A DNA stretch of 63,646 bases, filler included, from Platydemus manokwari (Eukaryota): the NCBI GenBank assembly GCA_037951405.1. It is 5 parts of 5 records of this genome, joined end to end, with 100 filler letters (N's around TTAATTAATTAA, not from the genome) between each part and the next. Parts side by side here need not be neighbours in the genome. Positions count along the whole stretch, not along the records: positions 29,748 to 40,209 come from JBBMOY011113776.1; positions 40,310 to 53,811 come from JBBMOY011701400.1; 3 more parts are not named here. One strand, 5' to 3'. Below, one piece after another: positions 30,742 through 43,739 of this stretch. Positions within the stretch are counted from its first letter, which is position 1. Each line of letters starts with the position of its first letter. Made by a program: the position numbers and the translations under genes. The notes beneath the pieces are model-generated. The model worked only from the letters and a program-made list of their open reading frames with translations, was not told where the DNA came from and made no database searches.

Positions 30742-33329
30742 TGTATTTGTTTTTGCAGAGGGATTTATTATCTGGGAAGAAAAACTTAATTGTCTGTAAA
30801 GATGTTAGAATGGCTTAGTCTGAAGATATTCCTTTAAAAGAACTATAAAATATAAAATTATAAATTTATAATAATAATGCTTCAGACATAATAAATGAAG
30901 CCAAATTATATCTCATCTCTCTTTACTGCTTTCTCTGCGAAAAAATTCATCTGAAAATCTATCATGGATTGATGTCCTGCTGACGTTATCAGAAAATCAG
31001 CTGCCGAACGGATCATCTGCCTAATGAAAACACGTGAAACCTTTCGAATTTTGATACCATAAACTTAATGTTTGATAAAATCCCAAAGAAATCCAAAATA
31101 TACATATATGTTAAATCCCTGCAGTGTTAACGTTTCGTTTTTTTCCTAGCCACCTTTTCCGTATGGGAAAACCTGCGACATTTCTATTTCTGCAGTTCTT
31201 TATTAGATTAATTTATTGTTTTATTTTTGAAATACCGCTCTAATATTGGTGTGTGTCAAACATCCAAAACCATAGCAATTTGCTCAATTCTACTGCTGTG
31301 CAAGAACATCATCACCATTAGTTGTTGTTTTTTTCCATTATAGAAATTTGTACGAATATTCTCCTATCGTCGTTCTCAACGAATTTGTTGAAGCTACAAT
31401 TAATTCCTATCTCAGTAATTTGTTTTGGGGGTAGATACAGGCAAAAGACAAAAATATATTGTAGCAAAAAATCATTTTCTCCCGATAACAATAATATATT
31501 CTCGATATTTTCAAATATTTTCTCGTGTTTTTGAAACCATGGTAATAAATAGGAAATTTTCGCGATTTTTTTTTTGAATAAAAAAATAATAATAATAATT
31601 TCCATTGATTGATTCGCATTCGTTAGATCAGAAATAAATAAAATTATAAAAATAGAAGCTGCTGCATTAGTATTAGCTTTTATATCAATGAGAGGATTAA
31701 GTGAAAATATTATTATATGTGATGGTTAGTATATTACGAATTGCAGTCAATATGCTATATGCCCATCAGACTGAATTTGTTTTTTGTTTTAATATTTGTT
31801 GAGAACAATCAGCAAATGTAGAACTCCACATTTGTTTGAATCGATAATATGAATTATTATCTATCTCTCTCAACCTTTCAAACAATCGTTGTTATCATTC
31901 CACTGATAAACCCCATATTGAGCTAAATTGGACTCGCGCTATCATAGTTTAGGTTTGAAAAATATCAAAAATTATTAAAAATAAAAAAAAAAACAAACCT
32001 ATATTTGTTCATAGATTTCAACTCGTTGGTTGGTTTTGTTTTGTTTTTTTTTATCTACAATTTGTTCATGTGTTATCATTGAGTGTGTTGTTGTATTTTT
32101 TTTATATATTCTTTATTGTGTATTATTCCACTGAACTGTGGTGGCATATGTCTATCTGTATGTGTATGTGTTTGTCTGAGCGAATGTTTGACAAAACGTC
32201 GCCGTATTAGGCCTTCATACTTATACATATATATATTTAATGCAGACATGGGCTGCTTCGTCTCTCCTATATTTTCTGAAACACCAATACTCGCATTTTA
32301 AAGCACTTGAATACAAATATAGACACATACAAGCACACGCATATGTTCAACCGGTCTATGTTGATGTGAGTGGAATTGTAACGACCGTATAATTCAAGCA
32401 CTGTATATGAAATCTTATCTGCCTTGACATTGTTAAAATCATTCAAGCTGTGACTGTAATTTGTATGCTTGTCGTTCGTATGGGTGTGAGTGTGTGTGCG
32501 CGTGTATAAGTCTGTGTTGGTTTGTGATCAAGTTGAACACTCATTGATTGCGTGTACATGGTTTTGTCGCCGATTTTAGCGAATCTAATGGTAGTGTTTG
32601 TTGAAAAAACATTTTCTACTTGTATCTAATAGATCTAGTCGGGTTTTTCTTTATAACAAATGGCTCCAAATGATTGTTTGGGAATGGGTTTTTTTTTATG
32701 TTGAGATTGTCTTCATTATTCAGGCTTATTACGATAATATAATATAATACATGGAGAAATATCGACAACTAAATTCATTCTTAGCGGCGTTCGATGAAGA
32801 AAGTTAATTTGATTTACAAAATGAACTTTGGATGCAAACAATTCTCATTTTTGAGTTGTGCTATCGAAATAAAAAAAAACAGTAATCAATATCGCTAATG
32901 AAACATTTATAATATCGATTTATTCTCATTTGAAAAAAAATGTATTTGCGACATAGATAACCTCGTGTTGTCATGGTTGCAATTGTATTTGATTGGGCAC
33001 AATTTCTGCGAGCGAATCTATATCCTATACTTTCTTATCAAATGTTGAGTTTTCGCTTGAAGTGTGAGATTAAAAGAAAAATAAACAAAAGACAAAACGT
33101 TGCGGAATTGTGCTTGGGTATAAGATTTTCGATTGAAAAGTTGCAGTAAAAAATTATTTCCATATTTTGAATTTGTTTTCGTTTTGTTTAGCTATTTTGA
33201 CCGTTAGGTTTTTGTAATTTTAATAATCAATAATCTGGAACCAATATTATTCTGTTGTTTCAGTGACATTGTTGTGTTTTTAAGAACATGTTGGGTTGAA
33301 AAACAATTAAGTCCGGTTTTATTTTTTAG

Positions 33330-33531
33330 GGTTCGTCGAGGATCAATAAAATGGTGTCATTACCTCCAGAACATAATTTCAGAGGAAGATTGATTCCAAT
33401 GAATCATACCAGATTTCCATTTCCACAGGGTCCACTCCTTTTCAGCCCGGATGGACAACGATTGCGGCCTAATTGTGCTGGTCCATTCGTATCAAACAAT
33501 ATGCCAATGATTCATCGTCAGCATATACCAG
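33330..33531 (+). CDS. Isolated coding exon (Pro/Gly/Met/His-rich segment of an unidentified gene)
   Basis: Strong acceptor ttttattttttAG at 33329, ATG at 33351 in AAAATGG context, donor CAG|GTAATG at 33532. GC is higher than the flanks. Peptide MVSLPPEHNFRGRLIPMNHTRFPFPQGPLLFSPDGQRLRPNCAGPFVSNNMPMIHRQHIP. Confidence 0.65.
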
Positions 33532-34692
33532 GTAATGAGATTGTGTTTCAAGTTCCCTCATCAAACTTTTCGACCATAAATGTTCTGGTTATTTCAGAAC
33601 CAGTTTTTGAAATCACGATTTATTTTTCCATTGCATCCATCGTTTTTTTTATTCTGTTTTGTTTCGGGAAATCTTTAGAGAAGTTTTTCCATTGTTTTAA
33701 AGGATAATCAATAGACCTGGTTTTGGTGTTGATGTTGGTTGTTTGTTGATGGTTATTTGATCAACCTTAGGGTTTTTTGATGTTAGACAACTATTAGTCA
33801 TTCCAGCATGGATCAGAACCAAAAAAACTGAATATTATATACACAAAATCATTTATGTCAATCGATATGTCATTGTCACGATTATTGTGTATTGGTCGAT
33901 CAATTATCAATTGTGAATATCGATTTTCATTTTCAAACAACAACGTAGACGAGGATGTAAAAATGGGAATGTCGATCTCATTCAATTCGAGTATAAATCG
34001 ATTATCGATGACTCATTATTAGCAGCGTTTGTATTTCCAATCAATAAATTCTCATTTTAATTACATCGACGATTATATTATTCGATTTTTGTGGAAATTA
34101 ATCGTCAATTTATCACAAAATTTTTCATTGAAAATTTTTTTTAATTGGTTTATATATCATCTATTCATTGTTTGAGCTTGGTTTAATATATTGATTTAAT
34201 TCATTGATATTTATTGACATTATTGATTGGTCTGAGATTTGTTCACTCTCCCAAACCCTTGTACGTTCTCAATTCCCCGATCCAAGATCATTCATTCGGC
34301 TTCAAGTTCCAGTTGTCTTTTTCATTATTATTATTATTATTATTGTCCTGTTATCATTCACGCTGTGAATCCGTCTTTTATTCGAACGTAATCAGAAATA
34401 ACGTCAACATTTCCCCTATAATTAATAATCGGAAAAAAAAACAAATGAGAACTACATAAAACAGTTCTCAGAAAATTATCGACCGATTTTCATTGGTGAA
34501 AACAAAATTCCATTGGAAAATATTGGAAATATTTATCGATTTTATTTTCAATATAAAACTCTGATGGTCGAGTTTGAGTGCAGAAAAATGTGGTATCGTA
34601 TCTCTATCAATCGATAAACGTCAAAACAAAACCGAGATATCGGGGAATAGCAATTTTTTTTCTTTCAAGTTATGTTGTAGAGATATCTTCGT

Positions 34693-34697
34693 TAATA

Positions 34698-34730
<33 letters not shown>
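34693..34730. repeat. (AAT)n microsatellite
   Basis: Nearly pure TAA/AAT run. Confidence 0.9.
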
Positions 34731-34732
<2 letters not shown>

Positions 34733-36609
34733 GAACACGTGTTTGGTGATATTGATTGGAATACCACGTGTAAAAGTGCGAAAATAATATTCATGGAATT
34801 GGTCATTAAAGAAGCCAATGAATCCCGATACAAATATATGGTCTTTTTGGGGGATTTTTTGTATTGATTTTTTTGTAAATTAAAACAAAAATCAATGTAC
34901 TATGTGAGAAAATCAATGACTGTTCAAGTAAATTATACAAAACTGAAATATTATATTGACACGATAGTTGATCGATTTTCCATATATGGCAATGCGGTTG
35001 GAGATAAAGATATTTGGGGAAAACCGGATTATCCATGGAAAAACCCAGAAACAAAAATCACCTACCAGACTGATGGTGAATGGAATTGATTTGGGATGGT
35101 GTTTGTTTTTTCTTGGTTATGTCATGTATCATTCGGATATTGATGGTAATTGTTGATGATATTCTATTAGCATTCCAACATACAGATATCCATTATATTT
35201 GAAAGGTTTTGTTTTATTTCGCCTTAAATCCATCGATATTTCTCATTTTCAAAACATCAAATCAAATGACCGTCACTGAAATCTTTGTCTCATTGTTTTT
35301 ACTCACAGAACTGCCTGTCTGTAAATAAGTTTGTGGGGGGGAATCGATTATCAACTGGTTTCTTCATTCAATGAATTTCCACCCAATGAATTGTTTGTTG
35401 GGAAAAATCGATTGCAGAATGATAAAATTTCATCGATAATTTGAATTTGAAATTTGATTAAATGAATCGATAATTAATTGATTTATTAATTAATTAATAA
35501 TTCGATCAATAAAATAAAATGAAAGATTGAATGGGGAAATAATCGTGCATTTATTTTTCGGTTGGTATTGGGTGGTGTTGTTTTTTGTGAGGGTTATAAT
35601 AATTTGTGTTTTAAAATATGATAAATTGTCACGATCGTTTGTTTGAATGCATTATAATTTATACGATTTTCACTGTAATTAATTTGCATTATATCACACA
35701 TATCGTTGATGTAATTTGCTTTTGTTTAAACTCATTGATTTTCTATACAGATAATTTATTCATGATTTTAACGATTATTTTTCGATTTTTATAAGTTGTT
35801 TTGACAGCTTTCAATACAAATTAGGAGGAGGTCGTGGAATTAATCAGCTATTTTTCCAATGTGGTTTGATTTGTTGCAAATTAGTGATTTGAATAATAAA
35901 TTATCGATTAGATATTAAAACAATATCGATATTAGTTTGATATATTTTGAATTTGCATATCATCAGGGTTTATTATAAATATATTGATATATATTGATTG
36001 AATTATTGAGAATATCAACAGATAGATAGATCGATTTTGTTGTACTTTCTGTTGGTTGTCATCTGTGTACGACATCAATTACACACCATTTGATAAATCT
36101 CTCATTGGTGGATTCGAAAATTGAGCTCATTTTATTCGCTTATTTACCACCGTAGTTTATCGATTGTGAGTGGAATTTTGTTCTTTGTCATGATATGCCT
36201 TCATAAAACATATCGGACCCAGATATCCATTTTGCCATGATGCCTAATCCAAGACGTTGCCATTGGAAAAAAATTGATTTCTATCGTGTTCAAAATAGCG
36301 TTCTTACTTCCTTCACGAATCAGAAAAAATATTAATTTTGAATGTATAATAAGAGAGATTAATCTCCTGTAATGACGAATTATCACTTCTTTTCTATTAT
36401 GATTAATCCAGCTAGTTCTAATCGTAACATAAAAGGTGTAATGCGTTTCACTGAACCCCCAAGCCTCACTTTCACTTTCAATTTTTATTTTCAAAATGTT
36501 CACCATTTCCATTAATATACGGTTGAGAGTGAAAATCGATAATTAAACCTGAAAATTATATTGACCAAAATGTCACAATCTCAATCATAACAGCTACAGT
36601 TAAACCTCT

Positions 36610-37062
36610 TTTCAAATAAACGATAGTCGATCACACAAGATGGGATCAGCACCCAAAAGTCAAAGACAGAATAGAAAGAAACCAAAAAGACTGGTTATTG
36701 AAAATCTCGCAAAGTTAAGATTAATACACAAGTTACAGACCAAAAAATGCTGGCAGTTAGTCATGGAACTCAACCTTTTTTATAGACCTATAGGGTGTCT
36801 ACTTGATGTCTCGGACCTTCGTTTTCCATTTGCTGAATTCATTCTTAGATCGATATTCTTGCAATTTTCCTCATATCTCATATACCACTGGCAGATATTT
36901 GAATTTGCTGCCATTTATAAGTATGTGCCTGTCGAATCTTAACTTCTAAATATAGATTAATATAAGAACGAATCTGTACTTATGGGATATGTGTGTCGAC
37001 CATTTTGTGGTTATTTCCTTGGTTCTTGTAAACCTTTTGGTTGATTTGTGTTCTACCCAACA
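36610..37062 (-). repeat. Solo-LTR-like repeat family A, longest copy
   Basis: Minus strand starts TGTTGGGTAGAACACAAATCAA and is collinear with 8983-9390, including GTCTATAAAAAGG. Confidence 0.65.
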
Positions 37063-37099
37063 ATACGTTTAATTTCACTTTTTAACAACCCGAAAACAT

Positions 37100-37480
37100 A
37101 TCTCTCTACACACCCCTTCATCAAACGCGTAGCAAATTCTATTATCAAATATTTCTTATGAATATGAATTGGACTTTCATCGGGCTAATGAATTCAGTTA
37201 TGATCAATAAATACAGAGCTTGGCTTCATTTATCCAAATAATTTTCTCCGTTAGTTGAGGATCTCGTTGTAGTAAGGCGACTGAATTTTTAAGAAAGCCC
37301 AGTTGTTGATCAGAGTTGTTATATTTTTGATTGAAAGAAAAGTAATATCGTTTGAGATTCAAGTTCGCTTTAAGAATGTAATCAACCGAAGATTTTTCAT
37401 TATTAAGATTCCTAGTTATCATTAGTATGGAGAAGGAGTTTTTCCCATTTCATTCACAACAACTTCTGCAACATGATCAT
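37100..37480 (-). mobile_element. rosa-type mariner transposase fragment (HTH to first catalytic Asp region)
   Basis: ITRNLNNEKSSVDYILKANLNLKRY...QKYNNSDQQ...KIIWINEAKL (WxDEAxF with D to N), followed by decayed HN..xPDESP. Confidence 0.6.
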
Positions 37481-37820
37481 ATTTTTGTCGTTATTTTCGT
37501 TCCATGATTTCCCTTGTGCATTTCAATTTGATAAAAATATCGATTGATTTGAAATTTAAAAAAATGAAGACATGTTGTTTAATCGTTTGATGTCATGGTA
37601 ATTTTAAAATTGAATAGATTCAAAGAAATAAACCAATGAATAATCAAAGGGATTTGAATTTCATAATTTAGTAGTATTTATTGATATTCAATGAGTGCCA
37701 TTTTAAATATTCAATGAATTTTTTCATATTTTCCGTTGTAGAGATGTTCGATATCTCTAATCGTAATAATACTAAAAATCAAATTCAATAAGAATGATAG
37801 AAATGAAAATGATTCTTCAA

Positions 37821-38009
37821 CCCTCTGAGCCCTGAGTTTCTGAGCTATTTTTATTCTTTTCCCTGAGCTCCTGAGTCAGAATAAGAAAATTTCTGGTATT
37901 ATATGACGTCATAATATAGTGCCATTTCTGATTAGCGTTCTAAAAATAGCGAACCAAAACCAAGAACTAAGACATGTATCTGTTAAACCGGTGGAAACGT
38001 GTTAAAGGG
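37821..38009. mobile_element. Possible piggyBac-type MITE relic
   Basis: tcaa|CCCT...AGGG|ttaa termini, repeated CTGAG subterminal motifs, central palindrome TATGACGTCATA. TIR match beyond 4 bp is poor. Confidence 0.35.
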
Positions 38010-39448
38010 TTAAATCACACCCAATCAATATTTTCATTTTAATATCAATTAATTATGATATTGCCATGATCATATTTTTATGATTTCAAAGCGCTATTAT
38101 ATGAAGGTAATCATGAGCCTCATGAATATCATTGATATTTATATGATATTTCTCTTGAAAGATTTTATTCTAATTATTATAAAAGGTGTCTCATTTTTGA
38201 TCGATAAATGAAATAATTGAGAGACAACATAAATATGATGATCAGCAGTTATGAAAAGAAATTCGAATATTCGATAATATTACCAGACGTGATGATTGCA
38301 ATTATTATCATCATCTCAGTAGAGCGGTATATTGGTGTTGTTTTTTGAAATAGATTTTCAAATTATCTTTACAACAATTATTGGTTTTTTAGTTATCGAA
38401 TTAACTATTCGATTATTGATTTTTTAGTTATCGAATAAATCAATTGATTTTCGATTATTGTTTCTTTGATAAATTGTGCTGCTATTCTTTAATAATAAAA
38501 TCTGGAATGAATGATCAAGCTCTTTAGAAATTCTTGAGAACTCTACTTGATATCAATATCCGAAGCAACACATGTGTGCGCTTGAAGATACGTATGAGGG
38601 CGATATATTGAAGGACCACCTATCATGCCAGTGTGTTATCAATATAAGATTTATCTTTATTGTATATGTAAATAATTTTTTAATTTTTTTCTCTTGATTT
38701 TCTATTTTTTAAGACTGCTTTTATAATTTCCCTCTTAATGGAACCAAGAGCAATGTTGTAGGGTAATGATTTCATTTACCTTTTCGGTACAGAAAAGCCC
38801 TATTTTTCGTATGTTTTTTGTAGAGATCATAATGTTAAGTTATTCTTATGGATCTGTTATCGATTTTATCAGTATTTTTAGTTTTTTAAATTTTCTTGCC
38901 GATGACTTTGTCTGCTTTCAATCACTATGATGAGAATTTTAAACAGAGAATAACGTGATGACTTTTATCATTCGATTTTACACAATTTGATCTTGTCAAG
39001 ATGATCGATTAATAAATAAAGGATTGATATTAACCGGAACCATAGGAACAATCCTTTTTGTCAATCCCTCAAACGTTGCAGATATATTGATTCATTTCAT
39101 ATCATTTTCAATTCTTCATTTAAGCACTGCAAAATGGGACCTTATATTATTTTATTGGTTTGATTGGAGATGTCAGAAAGCGTCATTAACGATGTGTAGA
39201 TTGTTTGTTTGACGAATTCTTTCCTTTGCGAAAATATATTTAACAATATTGATATTCGAAAATTGACAATCGATTGCAGCGTTGTTTTTTACGTTCGACC
39301 CAAATGTATTGATTAATTTGATATTCGAATAGAAAATGATCGGCATTTATAATTGGCAAACATGTTCTCTCATTATCGAATAACAAAACACTTTTGTGAT
39401 AAAATCGATCGTGTATGTTTTATCTACGAATCATTATTATTGTTATAA

Positions 39449-39450
<2 letters not shown>

Positions 39451-39501
<51 letters not shown>
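39451..39501. repeat. (AAT)17 microsatellite
   Basis: Perfect trinucleotide run. Confidence 0.95.
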
Positions 39502-39502
<1 letters not shown>

Positions 39503-39714
39503 TTGTGAATGTAATGATATGAAATCAAAATAATTGCTAATAATAAATGGGTTATGTGGTCGCTTGTTTGTAATAACCACCGATGCAATCAATATCTTAT
39601 CGGATGTTAATGGATATGAAAATCAATGAAATCGATCTACCTGTTGAGATCGTCAATAATTCAATATCAAAATACTCACAGTCCTTACAGCTATTATCAT
39701 TGTTAGACGATCAA

Positions 39715-40190
39715 TTTAAAAACAACACGTTGAAAACGAACTGAAAAGTCACGGCACCAAATTATGTATTAAAACCAATAAGTATAATTCTTTATAAAAT
39801 TAAATATTATCACATTCTCCTCTCTTTAAAATCTTTGATTTTCTTTCTAGTCTCAATTGACCTTGTATCGAATACTCTACATATTTATATACATAAAAAA
39901 ACTCCAATTCTTTTATGTTTTTATATCTTCTCTTAATCTTCTTTATATCTTCAATACATCTCTATATATTTTTTGTATATTCTCTATATAGTCTCGACAT
40001 ATTTCTCCTTCTTTTCCATAATTTTCAGCCATTGATCTTCGCAGAATCGAATCCAGATGCATGGTCGCCATACAGGCTGCTACTATTTTATGAAACACCC
40101 ATCGAAAACGAACTGAAAAGGCACGACAACGAATTATGTAATTAAAAACAATTATTTAAACAAATTAATATAATTTTATATATAATTAAA
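39715..40190 (+). repeat. Non-autonomous repeat family C (two terminal modules in direct orientation)
   Basis: Module GAAAACGAACTGAAAAG.CACG.CA.C.AATTAT near 39733 and 40104. Internal TTGATCTTC.CAGA..C.AATCCAGATG..TGGTCGCCAT is shared with 58.8 kb and 62.4 kb. Confidence 0.75.
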
Positions 40191-40209
40191 ACTTTAAAAT
40201 TTTAAATCA

Positions 40210-40309
40210 NNNNNNNNNNNNNNNNNNNNNNNNNNNNNNNNNNNNNNNNNNNNTTAATTAATTAANNNNNNNNNNNNNNNNNNNNNNNNNNNNNNNNNNN
40301 NNNNNNNNN
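40210..40309. other. Artificial scaffold spacer 44N-TTAATTAATTAA-44N
   Basis: Identical 100-nt spacer. Confidence 0.95.
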
Positions 40310-40379
40310 TTGTTTTACTAAGCTTAATCCTATTTGATACCACTACTGTCTTAATCAGTCTCTAAGAGTTCTTGATTAA

Positions 40380-41100
40380 GGCCACAAGTATAATTTACCT
40401 TATATTGTTGTTCCTTCATCTCGCACAGCCTTATTATTTGATGACAATAGGTGTGGCAGTAGTGATACGTTTAATTAACTTAATTATCAGTCTCAAAAAT
40501 AATTAACCTTATTTAAACTATTAACTATATTTTCTTTTACAATAATTACGAACTATGATTTTAAGATCCATATATGATTAAGAAAAACTAAAGCTTTAAT
40601 GCTACAAATATTAAATATAACACCAATACTAATTAACAAACATAAAATAAATAAACTAAAAATTGATGTTAAAAACTACATTATACACCAAGATGTTTCA
40701 AGACTGCTTACAATTTCAAGATGATAGCCGTTTATACCTGCTTCTCTTGGATTAAAACCGATTACCAAAAATTTTTGAGCAAAACCCTATAATAGGAAAT
40801 ACAAAATACAGTATATAATATAGATCAGTATTTTACAGGTACGGTCTTACTTTGGGTCTTCCAGCTAACGTCGGGCATATACAGGAAAATTGGTCTTCTG
40901 CACCAGATGATCTTCATGAGTACGTCGAATTTAAACGATGGGTCTTCTCTGATTGGTATAACGTCAGACATTGACAATAACGGCAGTAATTTGTGAACGA
41001 GAATAATGGTGAAAAATAATGTCTGTGTTAATTGTAATCACTGCCTTATATAGGTATTGAATCACTTACAGATATTGTCTGCGATTAAATGTAATGCCAG
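40380..41100 (-). pseudogene. Spliced-gene remnant, possibly TOG-domain (CKAP5/XMAP215-like)
   Basis: Two well-formed short introns (41069-41023 GTAAGT..ACAG, 47 nt; 40850-40787 GTAAGA..ATAG, 64 nt). Broken peptides DVSWKTQ, CSKIFGN/PREAGINGYHLEI and LLPHLLSSNNKAVRDEGTTI*GKLYLW. No continuous open frame. Confidence 0.3.
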
Positions 41101-42448
41101 TGAATTTATTCACTGTTGAGAGAAATTCTCTTTGAATAAATTTATAAGGCAGAGAAAATATATCTCGATTAAATTTTATCGAGTGATAATTGTATTCTGC
41201 TGTAGAATTTTCATGAGCAGAATCAGATGATAATTAATTTTTCGTTGTTAGTGCGCGATATCCTATTACGTGTTAATATTTTATAAATTAATTTATTATT
41301 TTTAAGGAATTTCAATGGATTTGATATTGGTAATTTTGTTGGTATTATTATTCTACATATATATAAATAATAATTATTATAACTATCAATATTTTTAACG
41401 GTTTTTGCCCAAAAAATCCAAGAGTGAAGAAAGTATAAAAAATACACGCTAATTATATAAAAATTGGTACAATAAAAATTAATACACATTTTTGTACGTA
41501 CTGTCATGCAAATGTATGTACATATTTTTCAATGTAAGTTAATTGTTTTAATTAACTTGTTGGGTCAGAACCCCAACAATACTATAAACACTTGTTGATC
41601 AACAACTAATGCTCGGTATATAATTGTTAAATACAGATGAAGATGGAAATTAAATTAGGTGATATAATTAAACTTAATTTAACAAAATTTTGTCGATGAT
41701 TTAAGTATTGTTTATGACGTATAGTTAGGAGTGGATAATTTATCTTTCCACCAATAAGCTGACAGTTAACAGATAATTAGTTGCGTGTAATACGTCAAAC
41801 AATAAAACATGGAGAACAATATAATAAGTATATTTACTATACTACAAATTAATATGTGTAATGAAGAATATTAAAAGTAAGAAATGTTGCGACTTGAAGG
41901 TACTTAAATAATAGACAGAAGGGTCTGAGTTTTAGGTTTAAACAAATTCCTCTTTTTCTTTTGCAGTAAAATTGAATTATTAAAAACAATGGTTCAAATG
42001 TTGAACATTTCAGTTTTTGACATTTTTTAAATATTGATTTTAATTATATTTTTATTATTAAATACTTCATATACCTGAACATTAGTATTTTAATTATTTC
42101 GTTGTATTTATTAAAGGTGAAACACAATCTGAGTTGCTTTATTAGAACACACTATTGATTTCTAAAATGTGTCATTTTCTTGATTTATAATTAAAGGGAG
42201 TGGATTTTGTTTCAAGGCGTTTTTATTAATGGTACTTAGAAATTACGCTGTGACATTTGACGGTTCAAATAGAATATTATAATGTTTTTAATTTCGAAAA
42301 TTGTCGTTTTATTTCTTACAATGTTTAAATTAAAGACTGTAATGTTTTTGACTAAAGTGTTCAGGGTTGCACTTAACTTCAATACAAAATTTAAAAAGAG
42401 ATCATTGTATTAAAATAAATTTCGCCAGGATTTATCCGAGGAGTTCAT

Positions 42449-43670
42449 ATGATGAAGACTTGTGGAATATTCATTGCAGAGACAGAATCAATGAATACTA
42501 AGGAAGTGAGAAAGAAATATAGCAACCAAGATAAAATCAAAATGGCATTGAAGAGTATTGCTGATAAGAATGATATTCCTTTGAATAGGTGTATAGAAGA
42601 AAATGGCTCGATTTTTATGGTGTCTCGGTTCGACTTGAGACTAACAAATTTGGTCAATCACCAGATCCAAACAAAAGAGAAACCTATTGCAAAGTACCCC
42701 AAAAGGTATCCAATAAAGTTAGAAACCAAAATTCAAGAAATGATGGAAAATCTTCTCGAAACTAATGTCATTACACTTTGCAAGAGCCCTTGGACTTCTT
42801 TGATCGTGGTTCCAAAGAAAGAAGGATCGATCAGGATGTGTTTAGACCTCAGAAAATTAACTGAACAGACTGAGAAGTTTTATTTTCTAGTACTTGGTAT
42901 ACAAATGTTATTGGAGTCGGTGTATGGTGCCAAGCATATTAAAAGGTCGAACTTGATGAAGATTCTAAGTTGAAAACGGCGTTCAACATTAGAACGAGAC
43001 AGTTTTGTTTTGGATTATGTACCGCATAGCAACGTTTCAGAGTCCAATGAATACGATATCCAAGTATTTGATTTACAATGATGCTCTTGTTTATCTGGGC
43101 GATATTTAAGTGTATAGAGGAAAAGTAGAGGAACACAATGAGAAACTCGACAAGATTTTCAGGTTGATTGAATCATCAGATTTGAGAATCAATCCTGAGA
43201 AATAACCATTTGAAACCAGAAGATTGAATTTTCCTGGGTCAAACAGTTAGTGCAAAAGGTATAGAAGCTAATAACGACAAAGTAAAGAAGATTAAAGAAG
43301 CAATAAAATCCGGTTGCATAACCCGGTTTCGGTCGTTCCTAGGATTATGCAATTATTACAGAAGATTTGTCAAAGACTACGCATTAATTACGCATTAATT
43401 ATATGCGATGATGACTGGAAGTGACAAGAAATTAGGTGGAGTACAGAATGTGAGGAAAGTTTTGAAAACCTAAAGAAACAATTATGCACAGCTTCGATTT
43501 TGGCCTTTCCGGATGATTTTAGATACCGACACTAGTTTCGAAGCGATTGGCGGCGTTTTGAGCCAGTTGGGTGATACTGGAAAAGAGAGAGTAGAAGCTT
43601 AGGCTTTTAAAACTCTTAACTCAAACTTCAATATAGGAAGGGACCAGATCATGAAAATGCTAATTGTTTG
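42449..43670 (+). mobile_element. Gypsy/Ty3 LTR retrotransposon pol pseudogene (RT-RNase H)
   Basis: SPWTSLIVVPKKEGSIRMCLDLRKL, KTAF, FGLCTA/ATFQ, VYLGDI (YxDD decayed), RSFLGLCNYYRRFVKDYA, ILAFPD, DTDTSFEAIGGVLSQ, HENANCL. Multiple stops and frameshifts. Confidence 0.92.
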
Positions 43671-43739
43671 AATATATGATTGTGTATAATGATAATTGAA
43701 AGAAGCGAATTATTGTGCCAAAGGTTTATTCGCATAAAG

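Noticed and set aside
36640-36942. 100-aa ORF
   Set aside because: Antisense read-through of LTR-like family A; frame not conserved in other copies.
41070-41260. In-frame TAA codons hinting at stop-codon reassignment
   Set aside because: The intact genes here end in TAG/TAA and have no internal stops; this segment is better explained as decayed sequence.
42255-42275. ATTTGACGGTTCAAA resembling a flatworm spliced-leader start
   Set aside because: No leader-terminal ATG|GT donor or Sm site arrangement.
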